The notes below the pieces were generated by a model. It was given only the letters and a program-made list of their open reading frames with translations, searched no databases and was not told where the DNA came from. A program made the position numbers and the translations under genes. From NCBI GenBank assembly GCA_028724545.1, contig JAQYCU010000066.1:417-64416 (forward strand): a DNA stretch of 64,000 nucleotides. Reading direction: 5' to 3'. Shown piece by piece: positions 9,752 through 19,244 of the stretch (position 1 is its first letter; each line of letters opens with the position of its first letter). Source of the DNA: a bacterium (lineage in GTDB: Bacteria > Bacillota > Clostridia > Lachnospirales > Lachnospiraceae).

Positions 9752-11020
9752 ATGAAACGAAAAGAAATGTACAAATTTTATATCAGAAGATTATATCACA
9801 ATATTAAACTTTTTTTGCGCTGGAGTATCTTTTCTTCTGTTGTCGGCCTGGTGGTCGGAGGATTTAGTACACTTTTTGCATATTGTTTAAAAGAAGTGAC
9901 GGATTTTCGGACAGAAAGACCGGAGCTTATTCTGTTTCTTCCGTTAGCCGGTGTCTTTATCGTATTTTTATATCACGTGTTCCGGTACAAAAATGACCGG
10001 GGAACGAATATGGTATTATCAACGATTCACGCAGAAACAGAACTTCCTTTTAAGATGGCACCACTGATTTTTATTTCTACCATTGTAACGCATCTGTTTG
10101 GTGGCTCTGCCGGGCGTGAGGGTGCAGCACTGCAGCTGGGAGGAAGCATAGGAAATCAGCTGGGCCGGTGGTTTCATTTTGATGAAAAAGACAGGCGTAT
10201 TGTTGTTATGTGTGGAATGAGTGCAGCTTTTTCGGCGATTTTTGGTACACCGATTGCTGCTTCTATTTTTGCAATGGAAGTAGTCAGTGTAGGTGTTATG
10301 TATTATGCGGCATTGGTGCCGTGTGTGTTTGCTTCTCTGATTGCTTCAAAGTTTGCAACGAATATGGGAATTGCGCCGAGTGTATTTCAGATTTTACATA
10401 TGCCGGAATTTCATTTTGTGCCAAGTGTTAAAATTATTCTGCTTGCGCTCTGCTGTGCAGGACTCAGCGTGCTGTTTTGCGTGGTGCTGCATTCGTTAGG
10501 AGATATTTATTATGCGAAATTCAAAAATCCGTATGTAAGAATTGTTTTTTCCAGTGTAATCATTGTGTTGTTGACGGCAATTCTTCATACAACGGATTAT
10601 ATGGGAGCAGGCGTTCCTGTTATTGCCGAGGCAATTAAGGGAAATGTGCGTCCGGAGGCGTTTTTGCTCAAAATTGTTTTTACGGCACTGACGCTGGAGG
10701 CAGGGTTCAAAGGTGGCGAAATTGTCCCGTCTTTTTTCGTGGGAGCAACGTTTGGATGCCTTTTTGGACAGATTATGGGAATATCACCGTCCCTCTGCGC
10801 TGCAGTCGGTATGGTCGCTGTTTTTTGTGGCGTTACCAATTGCCCGATTACTTCTATGCTGATTGCATTTGAGCTGTTTGGCTATGAGGGCGTGCCTTAT
10901 TTTCTGATTGCGATTAGCGTCAGCTATCTGATGTCCGGATATTATGGACTGTATCACGACCAGACGATTGTATATTCAAAATATAAGACAGAATATATAA
11001 ACAGAAAAGCGCAGGAATAA
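9752..11020 (+). CDS. ClC-family anion channel/antiporter without CBS domains
   Basis: 422 aa, all membrane-embedded. Contains GGSAGREGAALQLGG (GREG gating-Glu motif) and KGGEIVPSFFVGA. GTNMV occupies the position of the canonical GSGIP. Confidence 0.85.
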   Translation: MKRKEMYKFYIRRLYHNIKLFLRWSIFSSVVGLVVGGFSTLFAYCLKEVTDFRTERPELILFLPLAGVFIVFLYHVFRYKNDRGTNMVLSTIHAETELPFKMAPLIFISTIVTHLFGGSAGREGAALQLGGSIGNQLGRWFHFDEKDRRIVVMCGMSAAFSAIFGTPIAASIFAMEVVSVGVMYYAALVPCVFASLIASKFATNMGIAPSVFQILHMPEFHFVPSVKIILLALCCAGLSVLFCVVLHSLGDIYYAKFKNPYVRIVFSSVIIVLLTAILHTTDYMGAGVPVIAEAIKGNVRPEAFLLKIVFTALTLEAGFKGGEIVPSFFVGATFGCLFGQIMGISPSLCAAVGMVAVFCGVTNCPITSMLIAFELFGYEGVPYFLIAISVSYLMSGYYGLYHDQTIVYSKYKTEYINRKAQE

Positions 11021-11117
11021 AATAACAAAAGACAAGTCAAAATGATAAATAAAGAACAACTAAAGAACAACTAAAAAATAACCAGAAAATAACGAAAAAG
11101 GAGAAGGGAGAGTTTAT

Positions 11118-14100
11118 ATGAAAGGAAGAGGATGGAAAAAATGTACGGCACTGTTGCTGATTGGTGCGCTGGCAGCAGGCAGTCTGTATACAGGAGGAGA
11201 TGGTAAATTGGGAAAGCCGACAGTAGCGCAGGCAGCAACAAAGACATTGACAATTGATGGAAAGACAAAGGTGACAAGGGCAAACAGTGCTTATCGTGGG
11301 CTGGGAACCGTTACCTGTAACAGTTCTTCGCGTCTTTTGATGGATTACAAGGAAGAGAATCCAAAGGCATACTGGGAGATTATGAACTGGCTTTTCAATC
11401 CAAAAACCGGGGCAGGATTATCCCATATTAAGATTGAACTTGGCTGCGATAGTGATACTTCTTCCGGTGCTGAGCCGGCAACAAAACGTTCGTCTTCGCA
11501 AAAGGCAAATGTAAACCGTGGTGCCGGTTATATGTTTGCGCATGACGCATTGACAATTAATCCAAATATCAGCGTTGATATGCTTTGCTGGGGTATGCCG
11601 GGCTGGGTAGAGCAGGCGTATGAAAGAAGCAACAAAGCAGGTTATAAAGCACGATATCAGTGGTACAAGGAAACACTGGATGCTGCTTATGATACCTGGG
11701 GTATTAAGTTTTCTTATGTCAGTGCAAACCAGAATGAAAGAGCGATAGAAAAAGGCTGGACAAAGTATCTGGCAAAAGCACTGGCAAAGGAAAAAGTGCA
11801 GCGTTATGATTATGGCAAAATCAAGATTGTGGCAGCAGATGAAACGGATACGATGGATGTTGCCAGAGAGATGTTAAAAGACAAGGCATATCGTGATGCC
11901 GTAGATGTTATTGGCTGTCACTACAATTCTTATATGGACAGCAATGTAAAGAAATTACATACAAAATATAAAAAAGAAATTTGGTTTAGTGAAGGTGCTT
12001 CGGTTGCAACCGATTCTATTTTCGGAGCAAATAATACAACAGACGGGGTAACAACATCAGGAACGAATGGTATGTTAGACATTGCAAACCGTATTATTAT
12101 CGGAATGGCGCAGTCGAATATGACATTATACGAATTTCAGCCGTCAGTAGCTTCTTATTATGACGGAGCAGTATATTATCCAAAGCAGCTTCTGGCAGCA
12201 AATACGCCGTGGTCCGGACATTACACGGTTTCTAATGGTCTGGTTATGGCAATGCATTTTAATAACTTTATCCAGAAAGGCTGGTCTTTCGTGGACAGTG
12301 GCTCTTATGGAGATGGAACGCAGTCAAATCATTACATTACCGATACAAAAAATGATTATCTGACAGCAATGAGTAACAGCACCGGGGATTATTCTACGGT
12401 TATTACTAACGACAGCAAAACAAGCCGTACTTATAAGATTTGTGTTTCCAATGTGCAGAAAGCGTCTTCTAAAGTTGCTGTCTGGGAAACAAGAAGTGCA
12501 GCAAAAACAGAGTCATATGATGCGCACTGGTTAGAAAAGATTGGTGAGGTAACGCCGAAGAAAGAGGGCAGTGCCTATACTTATACAATTACGGTAAAAC
12601 CGTATTCAATGGTAACGCTGACTACGACAACGGGGCAGCAGTCTTACCACGACAGAAAAGCGAAGACGATGGTTGATGATGCCGATAAAGATACGACATT
12701 GTCACTGCCGTATGAAGACAATTTTGAATACAAAAGTTCCTATTTGAAGAGAAGAGGGGGAACACCACGTTATACAAATGATTTGAATGGTGCATTTGAA
12801 GTGATTAAACTGTCCGATGGAAATCATGTGTTGCAGCAGAAAATCAACAAGGACCGTGTCGGAAGTGGCTGGTCGGGAATGGCAGTAAATCCGACAACTT
12901 CCCTGGGAGATGACAGATGGCGTGACTATGTGGTTTCTGCTGATGTTATGCTTGACCCGGACGAAAACGGAAAAAATTATGTGGCTTTGTGCGCCCGTTA
13001 TAATGCCTCTTCTGCATCCGTGGAAAATGGTTACTGGCTGCGTCTGTACCGGAGTGGCTCCTGGGCGTTATACAGCAATCAGGGGAAAATTGCAAAAGGC
13101 AAAATTAAAGGAATGCGCGAAGGCAGATGGGTAAATCTGAAAGTAAAGGTTGTTGGCAATACGGTAACAGCATATATCAATAATATTTCGGTTGCACAAA
13201 AGACCGTTACAAAATCGCCGGTAAATGCAGGAAGAATTGCACTTGGAAGTGCCTATTATAAAAACTGTTTTGACAATATCAGGGTAATGCCGGTAACAGG
13301 TGGCGTAGAAACCATTACCAGAATAGATGATATGGATACGGCAATTCAGTACACGGGTTCTGTGGACAGATTGCAAAGCCAGAGTTTCCTCTACTATGGC
13401 AGAACGCTTTCCAAACTGAAGAAGAAAGCAGCAAAAATGTCTTATACATTTAAGGGAACCGGAATCAGTGTGATTGGAGCAAATTCCGAAGGAGCAAAAG
13501 TGAAAATCACGGTGGACGGCACAGTAAAGAGCAATAGTTATTCTGTAAAGGAAACCGGCGACAGAACGGCAATTTACCAGATAGGAAATCTGAAAGAAGG
13601 AACACATACGATTCAGTTAGAGTTACTGAATAATGAGGCTTTGGACATTGATGCACTGGAAGTATCGGGGACAAAAAGCACGGCAGCTTCTGTGGCAGCA
13701 GAAAAAATTACGGTGGCAAAGAGTGCTGTTTCGCTGGGCTATGGAAAGAGCGTTGCCTTTGGTGCTGTAACTGTTCCTCAAAAAGCAATCGATGCCGTGA
13801 CTTATACAACATCCAATATGGCTGTCGCAATGGTAACATCTGATGGAAAGATTTATGGCAACGGGGCAGGAACGGCGACCGTTACTGCAACAACTGCAAA
13901 TGGAAAGAAGGTTTCCGTGAAAGTTACGGTAACGGAACTGGTCATTACTCCACGCAGTGGCATCCGTGTGGGAGCCGGCGAAAAGGTAGCTTTGAAAGCA
14001 GCTTATGTAAAAGGAATCAACAAAGCAAAAGTTGTCAAATGGAAAACAGACAATAAGAAACTGGCAACGGTTTCTTCTAAGGGTGTTGTCAAGACGAAAA

Positions 14101-14417
14101 AGGCCGGTTATGTTACGATAACGGCAGTTGGCGCAAACGGATATGAAGGAAAAGTTGTTATCCATATACGAAAGGCACCGTACCGTATCAAGGCAGCAAA
14201 GAAAGTTACTTTGAAAAAGGGCAGGAAAAAGCAGCTGCGCTATTCGCTGCCGAAGGGATGCTGTGCGACAAAGGTTACTTTCCGTAGCATGAAGAAGTCG
14301 GTTGCAACGGTAAGCAAATCCGGACTGCTCAAGGCGAAGAAGCCGGGCAAATGCACGGTTATTGTCAAGACTTATAACGGAAAGAAAGCGAAGATAAAGG
14401 TAACGGTGAAGAAATAA
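11118..14417 (+). CDS. Secreted GH59-like (galactocerebrosidase-like) glycoside hydrolase with lectin-like, CBM-like and four Big_2-like domains
   Basis: Signal peptide present. N-terminus SSRLLMDYKEENPKAYWEIMNWLFNPKTGAGLSHIKIELGCDSDTSSGAEP parallels the human GALC barrel start. Candidate catalytic Glu residues lie in AADETD and IWFSEGAS. C-terminal repeats of the VTATTANGKKVSVKVTV type. Confidence 0.75.
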   Translation: MKGRGWKKCTALLLIGALAAGSLYTGGDGKLGKPTVAQAATKTLTIDGKTKVTRANSAYRGLGTVTCNSSSRLLMDYKEENPKAYWEIMNWLFNPKTGAGLSHIKIELGCDSDTSSGAEPATKRSSSQKANVNRGAGYMFAHDALTINPNISVDMLCWGMPGWVEQAYERSNKAGYKARYQWYKETLDAAYDTWGIKFSYVSANQNERAIEKGWTKYLAKALAKEKVQRYDYGKIKIVAADETDTMDVAREMLKDKAYRDAVDVIGCHYNSYMDSNVKKLHTKYKKEIWFSEGASVATDSIFGANNTTDGVTTSGTNGMLDIANRIIIGMAQSNMTLYEFQPSVASYYDGAVYYPKQLLAANTPWSGHYTVSNGLVMAMHFNNFIQKGWSFVDSGSYGDGTQSNHYITDTKNDYLTAMSNSTGDYSTVITNDSKTSRTYKICVSNVQKASSKVAVWETRSAAKTESYDAHWLEKIGEVTPKKEGSAYTYTITVKPYSMVTLTTTTGQQSYHDRKAKTMVDDADKDTTLSLPYEDNFEYKSSYLKRRGGTPRYTNDLNGAFEVIKLSDGNHVLQQKINKDRVGSGWSGMAVNPTTSLGDDRWRDYVVSADVMLDPDENGKNYVALCARYNASSASVENGYWLRLYRSGSWALYSNQGKIAKGKIKGMREGRWVNLKVKVVGNTVTAYINNISVAQKTVTKSPVNAGRIALGSAYYKNCFDNIRVMPVTGGVETITRIDDMDTAIQYTGSVDRLQSQSFLYYGRTLSKLKKKAAKMSYTFKGTGISVIGANSEGAKVKITVDGTVKSNSYSVKETGDRTAIYQIGNLKEGTHTIQLELLNNEALDIDALEVSGTKSTAASVAAEKITVAKSAVSLGYGKSVAFGAVTVPQKAIDAVTYTTSNMAVAMVTSDGKIYGNGAGTATVTATTANGKKVSVKVTVTELVITPRSGIRVGAGEKVALKAAYVKGINKAKVVKWKTDNKKLATVSSKGVVKTKKAGYVTITAVGANGYEGKVVIHIRKAPYRIKAAKKVTLKKGRKKQLRYSLPKGCCATKVTFRSMKKSVATVSKSGLLKAKKPGKCTVIVKTYNGKKAKIKVTVKK

Positions 14418-14486
14418 CAATGGAATAAGTGGGAAAAATTCAAAAATAGAAAAAACTCGAAAAATTCTAAAACCTTGAAAAAGCAG

Positions 14487-14515
14487 TTGACACGGATTTT
14501 GAAACGTGTTATAAT
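14487..14515 (+). promoter_or_regulatory. Strong sigma-A-like promoter of rplJL
   Basis: TTGACA (14487-14492), 17-nt spacer, TGtTATAAT (14507-14515). An A-rich UP-like tract lies upstream. Confidence 0.7.
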
Positions 14516-14521
14516 AACCAT

Positions 14522-14661
14522 CGGTTTTGCGATAACGCAAGCCAACACTGCCGTAGACAGTAGGTGCCGGTTAACCGGCGTAAGGACATACGCCTACCGA
14601 GGAAGATAGAATTTAGGAATGAATTTTCTACCTCTCTGTATACGTGCAGAGAGGTTTTTTT
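14522..14661 (+). promoter_or_regulatory. Ribosomal protein L10 (rplJ) leader with attenuator terminator
   Basis: Positioned between the promoter and rplJ. Contains gccgtagacagtaggtg ... cgcctaccgagg pairing typical of Firmicute L10 leaders, and the terminator cctctctg-tatacgtg-cagagagg-T7 (14631-14661). Confidence 0.65.
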
Positions 14662-14815
14662 ATGAAATAGAAAAGTGCCAAAAAGCAGTGCTTTTCACTT
14701 TTTTAAGAAATGCAGCCGTGTCAAAACGGCATACCAAAACTTCTTGCGTGCAGTGATAAAGAGATGTATCTCATCTCGCAAAATATGGGATTACCCAGGA
14801 AAGGAGATTTCACTC

Positions 14816-15316
14816 ATGGCAAAAGTTGATTTAAAACAGCCTATCGTTGATGAGATTAAGGCAAAAGTTGACGGTGCTGCAACAGTTGTATTAGTTGATT
14901 ACCGTGGACTTACTGTAGAGCAGGACACAAAGCTTCGTAAAGGACTCAGAGAGGCAGGATGCGAATACAAAGTATACAAAAACACATTAATGAAACGTGC
15001 TTTTGAAGGTACTGATTTCGCTCAGTTAGATGAGTTACTTGACGGACCATCTGCTATCGCTATTTCAAAAGAGGATGCAACAGCTCCTATCAGAATTTTG
15101 AGTAATGTAGCGAAAGAGGCTGAGGCACTTGAATTTAAGGGCGCAGTTGTAGAAGGTAACTTCTATGATGTAGACGGAATCAAAGCACTTGCAAGCATTC
15201 CTTCAAGAGAAGAACTTATTTCCAAGTTACTTGGTTCTTTACAGTCACCTATTACAAATCTTGCACGTGTTCTTAACCAGATTGCAGAGAAAGGTGACAA
15301 TGCAGCAGAAGCATAA
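14816..15316 (+). CDS. rplJ: 50S ribosomal protein L10
   Basis: ORF 14675..15316. True start is ATG 14816 (MAKVDLKQP), 8 nt after AAGGAG. Sequence is canonical L10. Confidence 0.95.
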   Translation: MAKVDLKQPIVDEIKAKVDGAATVVLVDYRGLTVEQDTKLRKGLREAGCEYKVYKNTLMKRAFEGTDFAQLDELLDGPSAIAISKEDATAPIRILSNVAKEAEALEFKGAVVEGNFYDVDGIKALASIPSREELISKLLGSLQSPITNLARVLNQIAEKGDNAAEA

Positions 15317-15442
15317 TTTTGAATTTGCTGTATCGTGGAGCGTATCCACAAAAAGACAAATACAGATTTGTCGCAATATGTAGTAGCAGTGACCTAAGAG
15401 TCACAGAGAATTAATTTAGAAAATTTATGGAGGTATATAGAA

Positions 15443-15811
15443 ATGACTACTCAGGAATTTATCGATGCTATCAAAGGCATGACAGTTTTAGAATTAAATG
15501 ATTTAGTAAAGGCTTGTGAGGAAGAGTTCGGCGTATCTGCAGCAGCAGGTGTTGTTGTAGCAGCAGGCGGAGCAGCAGGTGCTGAAGGCGGCGCTGAGAA
15601 AGATGAGTTCGATGTAGAACTTACAGAAGTTGGACCAAACAAGGTTAAGGTTATCAAGGTTGTTCGTGAAGTAACAGGTTTAGGACTTAAGGAAGCTAAG
15701 GAAGTTGTTGACGGTGCTCCTAAGGTTGTTAAAGAAGGTGCTTCTAAGGACGAAGCTGAAGATATTAAGACAAAACTTGAAGCAGAAGGTGCTAAGGTTA
15801 CTCTTAAATAA
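15443..15811 (+). CDS. rplL: 50S ribosomal protein L7/L12
   Basis: 122 aa with an Ala/Gly hinge and a C-terminal domain reading [25 protein letters not shown]. Confidence 0.97.
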   Translation: MTTQEFIDAIKGMTVLELNDLVKACEEEFGVSAAAGVVVAAGGAAGAEGGAEKDEFDVELTEVGPNKVKVIKVVREVTGLGLKEAKEVVDGAPKVVKEGASKDEAEDIKTKLEAEGAKVTLK

Positions 15812-15837
15812 TCAAACCGTTTTCGTACGTGTTTTAA

Positions 15838-15863
15838 GGCGTTGCATAGGCAACGCCTTTTTT
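15838..15863 (+). terminator. Intrinsic terminator of rplJL
   Basis: ggcgttgc-atag-gcaacgcc followed by tttttt. Confidence 0.85.
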
Positions 15864-16069
15864 GTGTGTTTGTTTCTATCTGTTATGCCGAAAAAAGAGG
15901 GTATATTGTAAAAATATTTTTACTTAAACAATTGCGTAAATGAGCAAAATGTTATATGATAGAGGGTAATAGGTGTTTTGAAAAAACACAAAAAGGCGTT
16001 TATAAAAATGGGGGTTTTTATAAAAATCGAAGGTAATTACTAGCAAAAAATATACTATTTGGAGGTGCT

Positions 16070-18430
16070 ATGGGGATGTTTAAAAAAGATAAGACCGAAA
16101 GTACAATAAAAGCAGAGGAAACAAAGGAACAGATGCAGAATATAGAGATGCCGGAGCAGCAGGCAGAAATCGAAAATGACGCAGTGGAAACGGACATAGA
16201 AGTTGAAGTAGTGGAAGCAGACGTACCAGAAATAGACGAGGAAGTTGACGCAGTAGAAGCAGAAGTGCCGGCGGAAACGGACGAAGAAGTTGACACGGTA
16301 GAAGCCGAAGTACCGGAAACGGACGAAGAGGAAGTTGACACGGCAGAAGCAGAAGTGCCAGAAACGGATACAGAGGAAGCTGACGCAGTAGAAGCAGAAG
16401 TGCCGGAAACGGACGAAGAGGAAGTTGACACGGTAGAAGCAGAAGTGCCGGAAACGGATACAGAGGAAGCTGACACGGTAGAAGCAGAAGTGCCGGAAAT
16501 GGATGCAGAGGAAGCTGACGCAGTAGAAGCCAAAGTGCAGGAAACGGACGAAGAGGAAGTTGCTACGGTAGAAGCTGAAACGACAGAAACTTCTGCAAAA
16601 TCGGAAAAGAAGAAAAAATCTAAAACGAAAAAGGCAGCCAAAGCCAACAAAGAAAATAAGGCAGCAAAGGAAAAGAAAGCAAAAACTGCCAAGAAAAATA
16701 AAAAGAACAAAAAGAACAAAGCAACTTTCTTCGATAAATTAATGAAACTGCGTATTGAAAAGAGATTGCGCAAAGCCTTTTTGTGCGTTGCCATAATCGC
16801 AAGTGTTTCAGGTGTTGTTTCTATTATCGGTTTAGTTAAAATCAGTGTTGATGCAAACAATACGATAGAAAATTATGGATTTGCAACAGGTGACCTGGGT
16901 AGTGCTCTTGTATGCATTACCGATACACGCCGTTGTGTGCGTGATGTGGTGCATACTTCGGAAGATGAAGACATTAAGGAAGCACGTGAACAGTTAGATG
17001 AAGCGAATAAGAACTTTAATGTATATTTCTCACGGGTAAAAGGTACAATTCACGATAATGAAGGAAAAGATTTGGTTCGTGCAATTGAAACAGAACTGGC
17101 GATTTATCGTACACAACTGGAGCGTTTTGCAAAAATCGGAGAAAACCGTACAATGGAAGATTCCCGTGTACAGAGTTTGATGAAGACAGAACTGGACCCA
17201 CATTATACGAAGTTACATAAGGCTTGCGAACAGCTGTTAGAGTCAAAACGTGCTGCAGGCCAGAAGGTGCAGACAGAGCTGATTATTGTCAGTATTGCAG
17301 CATTGTTACTTGTTATCATTTGTAGTGGCGTTTCCATTATGTTGTCTACCCGGTTAGGAAAAGAGATTGCACGACGAATTGCAGAACCTTTGAATGACAC
17401 CGTAGATGCAGCAGCAAAGATAGCACAAGGTGATTTGAATGCAGCTGTTTCATCTGATGTGGATGATGAAGTGGGTGATTTGAACAGAGCCTTTTATGCA
17501 ATGTCACATAACTTGAAATCTATTATCAGCGATATTCAGTATTTGCTGAGCCAGATGGCAGATGGTAATTTTGATATTCAATCCCAGAATGCAGATGGTT
17601 ATCATGGTGACTTTGCACCGATTCTGGAAGCAATTCGCAATATCAATACATCATTAAGTGGAACATTAACAGAAATCAATGATGCAACAATACAGTTTGC
17701 ATATGCAGCTGAAAATCTGGCAGATGCAGCAACCGGTCTGGCAGAGGGTTCTACCGACCAGGCAAATGCTGTTGATGAATTGTTTGGCACTACGGATGAT
17801 GTTACAAAAGAAGTAGAAAATAGTTCCCTTAGTGTAGCTAAGACCAGTCAGCGTATGGAAGAGATTGGAAACCGTGCCGATGAAAGCCGTGAAAATATGA
17901 ATGCTCTGACAGGAGCAATGGACAAGATTAACAATGCGTCTAAAGCGATTGGTGAAATCGTTACTACGATTGAAGATATTGCTTCCCAGACAAATCTGTT
18001 ATCGCTGAATGCTTCCATCGAGGCAGCGCGTGCAGGCGAGGCAGGAAGAGGATTTTCTGTTGTTGCCAGTGAAATCGGTAAACTTGCGAATGAAAGTGCT
18101 GATGCTGTAAATGATACCAGAAAGATGATTCAGACAGCATTAGATGAAGTAGCACGAGGAAATGAAATTGCAAACCAGACAACAGACGCATTGAAAGAAA
18201 TGTTGGAAGAACTGGCTGATGCTGTTACAATGGCAGATAAAGCAAAAGAAGCAGTAGATGCACAGGTTGTTGCTATTAAGGGAATTGACACAGGAGTACA
18301 GAGAATTTCTACTGTTGTCCAGAACAATGCTGCAACAGCAGAAGAAACATCTGCTACCAGTGAAGAATTGTCAGCACAGGCAGAAACACTGGCATCTCTG
18401 TTAAGCAAGTTTAAGTTAAGAGAATCTTAA
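16070..18430 (+). CDS. Methyl-accepting chemotaxis protein with a ~224-aa charged N-terminal extension
   Basis: SD GGAGGTG (16061-16067) precedes ATG 16070 and ATG 16076. The canonical MCP body starts at M225 (MKLRIEKRLRKAF + TM), followed by a sensor region, second TM, HAMP domain and signalling domain (QTNLLSLNASIEAARAGEAGRGFSVVASEIGKLA). Confidence 0.9.
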   Translation: MGMFKKDKTESTIKAEETKEQMQNIEMPEQQAEIENDAVETDIEVEVVEADVPEIDEEVDAVEAEVPAETDEEVDTVEAEVPETDEEEVDTAEAEVPETDTEEADAVEAEVPETDEEEVDTVEAEVPETDTEEADTVEAEVPEMDAEEADAVEAKVQETDEEEVATVEAETTETSAKSEKKKKSKTKKAAKANKENKAAKEKKAKTAKKNKKNKKNKATFFDKLMKLRIEKRLRKAFLCVAIIASVSGVVSIIGLVKISVDANNTIENYGFATGDLGSALVCITDTRRCVRDVVHTSEDEDIKEAREQLDEANKNFNVYFSRVKGTIHDNEGKDLVRAIETELAIYRTQLERFAKIGENRTMEDSRVQSLMKTELDPHYTKLHKACEQLLESKRAAGQKVQTELIIVSIAALLLVIICSGVSIMLSTRLGKEIARRIAEPLNDTVDAAAKIAQGDLNAAVSSDVDDEVGDLNRAFYAMSHNLKSIISDIQYLLSQMADGNFDIQSQNADGYHGDFAPILEAIRNINTSLSGTLTEINDATIQFAYAAENLADAATGLAEGSTDQANAVDELFGTTDDVTKEVENSSLSVAKTSQRMEEIGNRADESRENMNALTGAMDKINNASKAIGEIVTTIEDIASQTNLLSLNASIEAARAGEAGRGFSVVASEIGKLANESADAVNDTRKMIQTALDEVARGNEIANQTTDALKEMLEELADAVTMADKAKEAVDAQVVAIKGIDTGVQRISTVVQNNAATAEETSATSEELSAQAETLASLLSKFKLRES
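16200..16585 (+). repeat. In-frame tandem repeat, 48-bp unit (about 8 copies, higher-order 96 bp)
   Basis: Units such as gaagttgacacggtagaagcagaagtgccggaaacggacgaagag encode (E/D)EVD(A/T)VEAEVPETDxE inside the MCP N-terminal extension. Confidence 0.9.
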
Positions 18431-18485
18431 TGAAAATAGTAACGTTGTTTTTTAGTAAGTCATAATAAAAATAGTGATGATTGTT

Positions 18486-19244
18486 TTAAGCAAGAAAACG
18501 AAATAGCACATTAGCAACGCCGTTTGCCTCGTTGGTATCCGTTACCTCTGAGGCAACGGCTTTTACTTCGTCCAAGGCATTGCCCATAGCGACACCGTAT
18601 CCACAATTTGCAATCATTTCCATATCATTGCTGTCATCTCCAAAAACTAAAACATCTTGCAAACCAATCTGGAGTTTCTGGGTAATACAGCTGATTGCAG
18701 CGAGTTTGCTGGCACTCTGATGAAAGAAAGTGTACCGGTCTTCTCCGCGATAGCGCAGCTGTTTGCAGTGACAGACGGTTGCGATTTTGGGTGCAATTGT
18801 GCTGTCTGGAATTTCTGCCACAATCTTGTTGGCAGGGAGAGGGAAAGGCTTGTCTAAGTCAATCAGATATTTTGACGGAGTGCCTTCTGCGATTTCGGGG
18901 TAACGGTAAATGCCATCTGTTGTCGGGATAGCAATGTGGGAAAGTGCATGGTAATGGATTAATTGCTGCAACATCAGATTGGTCGTGGTAACATCCATTG
19001 TGTTAGAATAGATGATGTGGTCTTTTTCATAAACAAGCGTGCCGTCCAGCAAAATGCAATAATCAGCCTGCAGCTGTTCGGCAAAAGGTCTTGCCCCTTC
19101 AATATAACGGGCAGTTGCAATGGCAGTGGGAATGCCTGCTTTTTTGCATGCTGCAAAGGCAGCAATCGTTTCGGGTGCAAGTGTTTTATCGTTTTTTAAG
19201 GCTGTAGCGTCCAAATCGGTAACAATGAGTTTAGGCTGAAACAT
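18486..19244 (-). CDS. Cof-type HAD-IIB hydrolase
   Basis: ORF 18486..19322. Start moved to ATG 19244 (MFQPKLIVTDLDATAL) behind AAAGGAG. Motif I is DLDAT and motif IV is GDDSNDMEM. Confidence 0.85.
   Translation of the reverse strand: MFQPKLIVTDLDATALKNDKTLAPETIAAFAACKKAGIPTAIATARYIEGARPFAEQLQADYCILLDGTLVYEKDHIIYSNTMDVTTTNLMLQQLIHYHALSHIAIPTTDGIYRYPEIAEGTPSKYLIDLDKPFPLPANKIVAEIPDSTIAPKIATVCHCKQLRYRGEDRYTFFHQSASKLAAISCITQKLQIGLQDVLVFGDDSNDMEMIANCGYGVAMGNALDEVKAVASEVTDTNEANGVANVLFRFLA

Noticed and set aside
13068-14540. 179-aa and 305-aa minus-strand ORFs
   Set aside because: Both lie antisense inside the GH59-like gene. They are Cys/Phe-rich nonsense composition and are shadow ORFs.
14675-14815. 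47-codon N-terminal extension of the rplJ ORF
   Set aside because: It covers the L10 leader region, and the canonical L10 N-terminus (MAKVDLKQP) with AAGGAG SD is at 14816.
16018-16860. 280-aa Ser/Thr/Ala-rich minus-strand ORF that looks like a repetitive surface protein
   Set aside because: It is the antisense reading of the GAA/GCA/GTA-rich MCP repeat. There is no SD, and it ends in the MCP upstream region. The sense frame has a strong SD and continues into a bona fide MCP.
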